Source: an uncultured Gemmatimonadota bacterium
GTDB taxonomy: Bacteria > GCA-2686955
Length of the DNA: 52,830 nt
Assembly (NCBI GenBank): GCA_964490075.1
Contig: CAZBBK010000038.1
Location: 1 to 52,830, forward strand
Direction: 5' to 3'
Made by a program: the position numbers and the translations under genes. This document shows positions 18,654 through 25,970 of the stretch, one piece after another. The notes under the pieces are model-generated. The model saw only the letters and a program-made list of their open reading frames with translations, made no database searches and was not told the origin of the DNA. Within the stretch, counting starts at the first letter, position 1; each line of letters begins with the position of its first letter.

Positions 18654-20675
18654 ATGCCCCGCCCCACCCCACCCGTCGACCCCGCCGACCTCGACCTCTA
18701 CGCCCTGCTGGATCGTGTGCTGCACGCGGTTAGCACGCCGACGAGGCTCGAGATGCTGCGCGCCGGCCAAAAGCTCGGTCTGCTGATCGAGGTCCTGCTC
18801 GGGCATCCGCCGATCCGCGGTCGCAGCCGCCCGCGCGACTTCCCTTTCGCCCCCCACCAGGACGAAGCCCTCGAGATCGCGCGCCGACTGGCGGGCCGGG
18901 AGGTCTCGAGCGACAACATCAGGCGGGGGGGGCCGAGCTACAACCTCTACGATTGGCTCGTCGCCTGCGCCCTGCTCGGCTGTGGCGACGACGACGAGAA
19001 GCGCTGCCAAGACCGGATCTTCTATCTGCTGCAGCACTTGGAGCAGACACTCGGACTGCGGCGGAGCCTGTTTCGGGAACAGATCTGGGATCTCCTCGGG
19101 CTGTTCGACGCCCCGAACAGCCGCGATCGGGGAGAGGTGTTCACCGAGACCACCAAGACCGCGGTGGTGGCGGCGCTCCTGGCGCGCCATGCCGGCTTCG
19201 ACCAGAGCAGCGATCAGCTGATCGACGAGCTCTGGGATGACAAGAAAGCACGCCGCTTCGTCCGCAATCAGCGCGACCGCCTGCGCGCGACCCGGCGTTG
19301 GCGGATCGACCTCAAGGCGGCCGGAGTCCAGGATTTCCTCGACGCATGTCGCCTGGTCTTCATTCGTCGCGGCGCCAGCACTTGGTCCGCGCAGACTCTG
19401 GCGCTGCTGCGCGACGACATCGCCTGGGGGCCGCTCGGGCACTGGCCCTTCAAGACCCGCCCCCGGCTCCTGATCGACTCCAACTCCGTGGTCAGCTTCT
19501 GGACCGAAAGCGCGGTCGCCGGCGAGGAGCTGGCGGCGGGAGTGCGCGATGCACTGGACCGAGCGCTCCAGGGATCAGAGGGCAGCGCGGTGGGGCTCGA
19601 CAAGCGATATCCACTCCTGATGCCGTACCGGCGGGAAGCCTGGGAGATGTACGAGACACATCTCGGGGCCCCCGAGCGTTGCCTTGCGGAGTTGGGCACG
19701 GTGTTTCCTGACGTGAAAGTCCAGGCCCTTCCGATGTCGTTGGAACGACTCGCGATGCAGCGAGCTCGCTACCAACCGGAATACGAGGGCCACGACAACA
19801 GCTGGCGGACGGTCCGCTGCTTCGGGGGTACCGCAAGGTCGGTCGAGAGCGGTTCGACGCCGGACTGCAAGGGAAGACCGGGCGATCCAGCCCTGGCGTC
19901 TAGAATTCCCCCCTGGTACAAACGCAATCCGAGCTCCGACGAAAGCTACGGATGGGCGGCCTTCGCCTACTCCCTGGTCGGCCGGATCTACCGCCGAACC
20001 GCCGAGCGGGGGCTCGCGAGCATCGCTTTCCCCGACCGCAAAGACGGGCGCCTGCGCGACCTCAACGCCGCGCGCCGGCTGCGGGCAATCGACCGCAAGC
20101 TGGGCGGTGAGGGGCGCCTGGCTCTTTTGAAGCTGGACGGCGATCGCGTCGGAAAGGGCTTCGTAGAAAGACCGATGCTGCGGGCGCCGGCGCTCAGTGT
20201 CGGCATCGAGTCGGTGATGCTGGAGCGAGTGCAACGAGCAGTCCACACGATCTGCGCGGAGCATCGCGCGGATCTGGAAGGAGGGCTGCCGCTCGACCTG
20301 ATCTACTTCGGCGGCGACGACCTGGAGCTGCGCGTTCCTGCGCTCCTGGTAGAGACTCTGCTCGAGGATTTCGCGACTCCACTGCCCACCGATCGCACGG
20401 CGCTCGGAGAGCTCTCGATCACCTGGTCGGCAGCCGCGATCGAGCTCGAATGCGCAACGGAACCCGGCGTACCGGCCGAGGAGATCGTGGCGGCGAGGAG
20501 AATCGGCGAGCTGCTCGAGCTGGCGAAGGCGCGCAGCCCTCTACGGGGCCGGCGGCAGGATGTGACGCCAACGATCGACGGATTGACCGGCGTGGTGGAA
20601 TGGTCGCCACGCCAACATCATGAGCGCCTCTTCGGAATGCGCGCTCGGATCGGAAAGGCGACGGCCGAACCATGA
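18654..20675 (+). CDS. Divergent Cas10-like GGDD polymerase/cyclase
   Basis: DLKAAGVQDFL...IRRGAS (Palm1-like), LALLKLDGDRVGKGF and LIYFGGDD (GGDD 20310-20321; Palm2), ITWSAAA. The N-terminal ~210 aa is unassigned. Confidence 0.75.
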   Translation: MPRPTPPVDPADLDLYALLDRVLHAVSTPTRLEMLRAGQKLGLLIEVLLGHPPIRGRSRPRDFPFAPHQDEALEIARRLAGREVSSDNIRRGGPSYNLYDWLVACALLGCGDDDEKRCQDRIFYLLQHLEQTLGLRRSLFREQIWDLLGLFDAPNSRDRGEVFTETTKTAVVAALLARHAGFDQSSDQLIDELWDDKKARRFVRNQRDRLRATRRWRIDLKAAGVQDFLDACRLVFIRRGASTWSAQTLALLRDDIAWGPLGHWPFKTRPRLLIDSNSVVSFWTESAVAGEELAAGVRDALDRALQGSEGSAVGLDKRYPLLMPYRREAWEMYETHLGAPERCLAELGTVFPDVKVQALPMSLERLAMQRARYQPEYEGHDNSWRTVRCFGGTARSVESGSTPDCKGRPGDPALASRIPPWYKRNPSSDESYGWAAFAYSLVGRIYRRTAERGLASIAFPDRKDGRLRDLNAARRLRAIDRKLGGEGRLALLKLDGDRVGKGFVERPMLRAPALSVGIESVMLERVQRAVHTICAEHRADLEGGLPLDLIYFGGDDLELRVPALLVETLLEDFATPLPTDRTALGELSITWSAAAIELECATEPGVPAEEIVAARRIGELLELAKARSPLRGRRQDVTPTIDGLTGVVEWSPRQHHERLFGMRARIGKATAEP

Positions 20676-22174
20676 AGACCGCAATGATCGTTCTAGCCAG
20701 CGAGCAGCTCTGGCCCAACCTGAGCGGGCTCGTGCACTGGCACGAAAACGAGGGCGGTGTCGACGCCCTGTTCATCTACCACACCGGCGACGAGAGACGA
20801 TCCGAGGCGCCGGCCGGGCGCCTGAAGCGGCTCTGTAGAGCGGTCTACCCGGAGATCGAGGTCATCCTGCCCGAGAAGCCGTGTGGCATCGTACCGAGCG
20901 CGGTTCGGGCGCAGATTGGGAGCTGGCGGACCGGGCGTGGCGACGAGTGGCGGTGGGTCATCAACGCGACCGGAGGTGTCAAGTTGATGTTCGAGGGCGC
21001 CATGGCGTTCTGCTCGGAGGAGCGTTGCCAGGTGATCTATCGGGAGCTTTCCGGGCAGTGGTTCGAGCTGACGCGGACCACAGAGTTAGGGCATGTCGAG
21101 GCGGTCGAGATCGAGATCGATCCTGGAGTGACTGACGACGTCGAGGTCGACAGACTGATCGAGATGCAGTCCGACGCGCCGGCAGGGATGCGGTGGAATA
21201 CGGCCAGGCCACGCCGGCTGCCGGTGGATCGCATCACCGAGACGGGCATAAGCAACGATTGGAACTGGGAGAAAGCGTTCCGGTCGGCCGGTATCGATCC
21301 CAGGGGGCGCCAGGGCGGACTGCTCTTCGAGGAGTACGTGGCTGCGGCATTGCGCCTGCTCGACGTGACCAACTGCAAGATCAACGCGGAGCTGCAGGGT
21401 GCGGTCGGCCAGGGCGCCCAGGCCGTCAGCGAGACCGACATCGTCGCCAACGCCGGCGGCCGCTTGCTGATGATCGACTGCAAGCTGCGCGAGGCCGATC
21501 AGGCCGGCGACACTCCATTGACCGATCAGATCAGCCGTGCGGCGAACTTGCAGCGTAGAATGGGCGGCTTGAGCGCGGCCTGTGCCCTGGTGCGGCCCAA
21601 TCGGGAGTTTAGCGACCTGCACCGCCGCTATGCCGAGAGCGCCAGATTGACGGTCATCGACCGCGGCCAGGCCCCGAGCTTCTTCAGCGCCTTGGCGAAG
21701 TTCGTCGGCAGGAGGAACCCCGACGATCTGCCGCCAGAGCTGGCCGACGCGCAGGCCCGCCTGAACCGTGCGCACCGAGAGGGGAAGCTGATCTTCGGAC
21801 GAATGAGCGCGGCCGCGCAGCTCGATCCGAAGCAGGCGAAGCAACTCGAGGAGGATGGGTTCCTGAACCTGATGCGCGCGGCCGATGCGACCATGGCGGA
21901 GCTCGAACAGGACTGGTTCTGCCACTCTTGGCGCGGGCGCTGGCACCTCTACTGGCAACCATCAGCGGCGGTCGATTCCAGCGATCCGCCTCGTGCGGTG
22001 TTGGAGAACATGCTCCGGAAAGAGCTGGGAAGAGCATGGGAGATCGGGGCCGAGCCCTCCAAGAAAGGCGCCTCCTGCTACGCCTCGATCATGCCGCGGC
22101 CAGGCTGCAAGGAGCCCGCTGCCGGAATCCGCCGCTTCCTCGAAAGCCGACGCGGCAAAACGCTCCTCCCCTGA
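20672..22174 (+). CDS. CARF + PD-(D/E)xK nuclease (Card1/Can2, DUF1887-like)
   Basis: CARF: IVLASEQLWPNL, INATGGVKLM. Nuclease: GLLFEEYV...ETDIV...LLMIDCK. ATGA-coupled to the upstream gene. Confidence 0.85.
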   Translation: MKTAMIVLASEQLWPNLSGLVHWHENEGGVDALFIYHTGDERRSEAPAGRLKRLCRAVYPEIEVILPEKPCGIVPSAVRAQIGSWRTGRGDEWRWVINATGGVKLMFEGAMAFCSEERCQVIYRELSGQWFELTRTTELGHVEAVEIEIDPGVTDDVEVDRLIEMQSDAPAGMRWNTARPRRLPVDRITETGISNDWNWEKAFRSAGIDPRGRQGGLLFEEYVAAALRLLDVTNCKINAELQGAVGQGAQAVSETDIVANAGGRLLMIDCKLREADQAGDTPLTDQISRAANLQRRMGGLSAACALVRPNREFSDLHRRYAESARLTVIDRGQAPSFFSALAKFVGRRNPDDLPPELADAQARLNRAHREGKLIFGRMSAAAQLDPKQAKQLEEDGFLNLMRAADATMAELEQDWFCHSWRGRWHLYWQPSAAVDSSDPPRAVLENMLRKELGRAWEIGAEPSKKGASCYASIMPRPGCKEPAAGIRRFLESRRGKTLLP

Positions 22175-22205
22175 GCCGCCCCGCCCCGGCCCCGTCCGCC
22201 GCCAC

Positions 22206-22739
22206 TCAAGATACCGCCTCGATCACCCCCTGCGTACGCCGGCCGTCCTTCAGAAGCGCGACCCGATCCCCCGCGGCCTTGCCGGCCAGGGCCGCCCCCA
22301 GGGGGGCCGCGCGGCTCACGAACAAGACCGGACCGCGCGCTGAGTCGACCGGCTCGGAGTCGCCGACCGGCGACACGAAGTAGTGTCTCCAGATCGGCGA
22401 ACCGGCGGAGTCGCCGTCCTCCAGCGCCACGGTCACCAGCGCACCGACCTTCACGCACTCCAGCTCGCGACGTAGATTCGGCGCGCTTTCCAGGTAGTCG
22501 CGGAGCAGCGCCAGATTCTGGCGCAGCTCGGCCACGCGCCTGGCCTGTCCGGCCGCCAGATTCTGCGCCTCTTCCTTGAAGGTGTCGTAGCGGGACTGCA
22601 TCGCGCCCTTGTGCGCATTGGCGTCGCTCTGTGCGGAGCTGCGCCCCTCCTCGGCGCGCGCCAAGCGCTCCTGGTAGCGCTCGATGAAACGAGCCATCAG
22701 CTCGGGCTTGTCGACCTGTCCCCGTCTCTCGCTGCTCAT
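22206..22739 (-). CDS. GreA/GreB-family transcription elongation factor-like protein
   Basis: Coiled coil with AMQSRYDTFKEEAQNL, then VKVGALV and VSRAAPLGAALAGKAAGD (GreA/B C-terminal motif). Confidence 0.8.
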   Translation of the reverse strand: MSSERRGQVDKPELMARFIERYQERLARAEEGRSSAQSDANAHKGAMQSRYDTFKEEAQNLAAGQARRVAELRQNLALLRDYLESAPNLRRELECVKVGALVTVALEDGDSAGSPIWRHYFVSPVGDSEPVDSARGPVLFVSRAAPLGAALAGKAAGDRVALLKDGRRTQGVIEAVS

Positions 22740-22863
22740 GTCCTCGGCTCCTCGTTCAGGATGGGTTCTCCTCTCTCATGACAGGACGCCCGGCTTCCGA
22801 GGATGTGACGGTAAAGCTCCGGCCGCGCGTCACAAGGGCAAGCTCGGGTTCGTCGTTTCGGAC

Positions 22864-23487
22864 ATGAGTAGGGAAACACACGACCCGAATCGGCGCCAGG
22901 CGCCGCGCCATCCCTTCGTCGTGATCGAGGGCGTCGACGGCACCGGCAAGAGCACCGTCGCGGAGCTTCTCGCGAACGAGCTGCGCGGTATCTACTTCCG
23001 CACTCCGTCCGGACCCTACGCAACGCTGCGCCGGTTCGTGGACAAGGGCTTCGACCCGGCCATCCGCTTCCGCTTCTACCTGGAGGCGGTCGCACACGCG
23101 AGCAGCGAGATCCGCGCATTGATCGACCACCGCCCGGTGGTCTGTGATCGCTACCTGCGCTCCACCCTGGTGTACCACCGGGCCCTGGGCGCCTGCGTCG
23201 ATCTCGAGCCTGAGCTGGAAGACGCCCTGATCATGCCCGACTTCGAGTTCGTCCTCACGGCGAGCTCCGGCGTTCGGAACGAACGTCTCGCGCGGCGCGA
23301 CGACCGGGATGCATCGGACCGTCACATCGAGATGAACTCCACGTTCCTCGACCGCGCGCAAGAGGGCTTCCTCGCCGGTGAGATCGTCGCACTCGACACC
23401 AGCCGCACCGCGCCCCGAGAGCTGGTGAAGATGATGCTCGGGCAGATCCGTCAGCCTGCCTGCGCGAACGGAAGGGCGCTGCCGTGA
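22864..23487 (+). CDS. Thymidylate/CMP kinase-like P-loop nucleotide kinase
   Basis: FVVIEGVDGTGKST Walker A; VVCDRYLRSTLVYH DRY motif; PDF...L..RNERLARR. Confidence 0.88.
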   Translation: MSRETHDPNRRQAPRHPFVVIEGVDGTGKSTVAELLANELRGIYFRTPSGPYATLRRFVDKGFDPAIRFRFYLEAVAHASSEIRALIDHRPVVCDRYLRSTLVYHRALGACVDLEPELEDALIMPDFEFVLTASSGVRNERLARRDDRDASDRHIEMNSTFLDRAQEGFLAGEIVALDTSRTAPRELVKMMLGQIRQPACANGRALP

Positions 23488-24641
23488 GCGCCCGGGACCG
23501 GCCGAGACCTCTGCCGCTGCTCGATGCGCTGCACGTCGCCCGGCTCTGGGCCGCCGCCGGTGGCGCCAGAAGGGTCGAGCTCGGAGCCCTCGAGCCGCTG
23601 CTGTGGCGTGACGGCGGGCATCGTCCGGCCGACCTGGTGCGGGCGCTGCGCGACGAGAACTTCGACGTCAGCCTGACCACCAACGGAAGCCTGCTCGGAC
23701 AGCACGCGAGCGATCTGGCCGCGGCGCGACTGTCGCTGGCCCGGGTCAGCTGGCACACTTGCGACCCGGCGCTGTTCCGAGAGATCGCCGGAATCGACTG
23801 CTACGACATGTTCCGCGAGGGCATCGACGCCGCGGCCCGCGCCCGGCTGCCGATGGCATTCAACCGTGTTCTGTTTCGCGGCCACACCGATGACCTGCCG
23901 CGCCAGCTCGACTTCGTCGAAGACCAGGGCGCCCGCCTCAAACTCTACGAGCTCATGTGGACACCGGAAATCGCGCACTGCTACTCCGACATCCACCAGA
24001 GAGTGATGCCGGTGATCGACCGCCACGTCGCTCCCAGGGCGATCGCGATCGATCGCATCGAGGATTCCATCGGACGAGCACGACTTCGCTACCGGCTTCG
24101 GCGCGGCGGCAGCGTGGAGATCAAGCTCGGAAACGAGGTCGACCGCGGCGTCGCGCCCTGCTCTCGCTGTCGCTCTCGCGGCGTCTGCGAGGAGGCATTC
24201 GGCGACTACCTTCGCGTCGAGGCGAATCTCCAGGCCTTCTTCTGCTACATGCGCAGGGATATCGGCTTCGATCTGAATCGGGTGCGCGACGCCGGCGAGC
24301 TGATCACCTCCCTGCGAGCGCACTTCGGAGAGGCGACCGAAGAGCTACTGCGCGCTTCCACCCTGCGCTACATCTTGATGCCGCGCTGCAACTTCAACTG
24401 CTACCTGCCCGGCACCAACCGCTCCTGGTGCCACAAGAGGGACGGCAACTACCGGTGGCCGCGGCGCGATGTGGCGGCCGCGCGGGTGCCGGTCGCGCAG
24501 GCCGCGACAGCTTTCCAACACGATCGTCAGGCCTCCTCCTCCTCGTCGATCGTCTCGCGAATGGCCTTGAGGCCACGGAAAACGTCCTGGCGGATGCCCG
24601 CCTCCTTGATCTTCCGTTCCCGCGGATCGGCGCCGAGATAG
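23484..24641 (+). CDS. MoaA-like radical SAM protein, apparently circularly permuted
   Basis: GALEPLL (GGEPLL variant), SLTTNGSLL, Cys cluster CSRCRSRGVCEE...FCYMRRD. The only CxxxC..C motif (LRYILMPRCNFNCYLPGTNRSWCH) lies near the C-terminus. GTG overlaps the kinase stop. Confidence 0.75.
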   Translation: MSARDRPRPLPLLDALHVARLWAAAGGARRVELGALEPLLWRDGGHRPADLVRALRDENFDVSLTTNGSLLGQHASDLAAARLSLARVSWHTCDPALFREIAGIDCYDMFREGIDAAARARLPMAFNRVLFRGHTDDLPRQLDFVEDQGARLKLYELMWTPEIAHCYSDIHQRVMPVIDRHVAPRAIAIDRIEDSIGRARLRYRLRRGGSVEIKLGNEVDRGVAPCSRCRSRGVCEEAFGDYLRVEANLQAFFCYMRRDIGFDLNRVRDAGELITSLRAHFGEATEELLRASTLRYILMPRCNFNCYLPGTNRSWCHKRDGNYRWPRRDVAAARVPVAQAATAFQHDRQASSSSSIVSRMALRPRKTSWRMPASLIFRSRGSAPR

Positions 24642-25246
24642 TCATCACCGTGCAGGACGGCCGCAACCTCCGCCGCGCTAAGATCTTGGAGATGAAAGAG
24701 CAACACTGTGTTCAGCTGCCGCCTGGCCACCTCGCCACGCCGCGCGAGCCTCGCCATCTCCCGCACGACACACGCCATCGAGGCGGAGGCCTCCAGTTGG
24801 CGCGCGACCTGCTCGTCCAGCAGCGAGCTCGGATCGATCAGCGTGTGGAAGGTCTGATGCTCCCCGTCGTCCTCTCCGTCCGGGCCATCGATCGATACCA
24901 AGCGAATGCGCGTCGGATCCTCGCCGGTCTCCAGCACTCTCCGGAGTCCGCGGAGATAGTCGGCCCGCACGCTCTTGCAGATCTTCTTCAGCCACGCGTA
25001 GAGCTCCCTCGGGGTCCGTGCGCGAAGGTCCGCCGCATAGCGAACGATCCTCTGCCACGCGTTCTGCACCAGGTCCTCGTGAATCCTCGCGCGCTCTTCG
25101 ACCGGTCCCAGGTACACCCACGCACGCATCTGCGGGCTCACCGCATCGTGAAACATCGAGGCCCCCACCGCGTCCTGACCCGACTCGATATTCGCCACGA
25201 ACCGGTGGAAGAGATCCAGAGTCGACACATCCTTGCCCATCGCCAC
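24527..25246 (-). CDS. ECF-type sigma-70 factor-like protein
   Basis: EDLVQNAWQRI and YAWLKKICKSVRADYLR (region 2); LHLQDLSAAEVAAVL and RGLKAIRE (region 4 HTH). Confidence 0.7.
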   Translation of the reverse strand: MAMGKDVSTLDLFHRFVANIESGQDAVGASMFHDAVSPQMRAWVYLGPVEERARIHEDLVQNAWQRIVRYAADLRARTPRELYAWLKKICKSVRADYLRGLRRVLETGEDPTRIRLVSIDGPDGEDDGEHQTFHTLIDPSSLLDEQVARQLEASASMACVVREMARLARRGEVARRQLNTVLLFHLQDLSAAEVAAVLHGDDYLGADPRERKIKEAGIRQDVFRGLKAIRETIDEEEEA

Positions 25247-25398
25247 ACTCCCAGTTGCCTGCCGGGGTCCAACTCCGGCAGGGACATGAGAATGGCACAG
25301 TCAGAGCGGGCGTGCAAGAGATAAATGTCGTGTCTTCGGTGAGCGCCGTGGCGGGGGTGGACCAGGCCAACGAAGTCCAATCGCCTGTGCGTCGCCCC

Positions 25399-25641
25399 CT
25401 ACAGATCGCGCGTCGCTCGAGAGCCCACGAGAGCGCCCGACGTCAACCCGACAACCCACCCGATCATGAATCCCACCGCGGCGCCGGGCGGCCCACCGAT
25501 CGCGCCGATCGCGGCACCGCTGCCGCCGCCGCCGGTTGCGCCCGCCATCGCTCCGCCGCCGATCGCCGCTCCGCGGACTGTCGCGCGCACCAGCGTCTCC
25601 GGGCCTTGCGCCTCGATGTCGTGTTCGTGGTTGTGAGACAT
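25399..25641 (-). CDS. Small glycine-zipper hydrophobic peptide
   Basis: GAAIGAIGGPPGAAVGFMIGWVVG; purine-rich RBS upstream. Confidence 0.6.
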   Translation of the reverse strand: MSHNHEHDIEAQGPETLVRATVRGAAIGGGAMAGATGGGGSGAAIGAIGGPPGAAVGFMIGWVVGLTSGALVGSRATRDL

Positions 25642-25716
25642 GAGCTCCGCCCCCCTTTCTTGATTCCGATCGGTCCGATCTCAGAGTGCCTCGCCACGGG
25701 GCGTGCGCTCTCCGGC

Positions 25717-25842
25717 CTACTGGCGACCCAGATCGGTGTGAATGTCACGCGCGGCCTCCGCCAGGTCCTTGGCGCCGGCCAGGACGGCCAGGGATGCCTC
25801 CACACCCAGCTTGAAGGCGGTCTTCAGAAGCTCCAGGCTCAT
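25717..25842 (-). CDS. 41-aa hypothetical amphipathic peptide
   Basis: AAAGGAG RBS, then MSLELLKTAFKLGVEASLAVLAGAKDLAEAARDIHTDLGRQ with high-GC3 codons; too short for the supplied ORF track. Confidence 0.5.
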   Translation of the reverse strand: MSLELLKTAFKLGVEASLAVLAGAKDLAEAARDIHTDLGRQ

Positions 25843-25970
25843 CACTTTGCTCCTTTCGGCGGGCGCTCACCGGCCCTGATCCCGCACAGTGCGCAACGGT
25901 CCGGTTGCTCTCTTCTACCAGACGGCGGTCGTGCGGCAATGTGACAAGGAGGGGCTCAGAAAAATGCCCC

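Noticed and set aside
1-22174. cas1, cas2, cas4, cas6 or reverse transcriptase
   Set aside because: No ORF with their motifs was seen; they may lie outside the window.
23484-24641. Calling this gene moaA or viperin
   Set aside because: The motif order is permuted, there is no C-terminal GG or Moco gene context, and no viperin-specific motifs were recognised.
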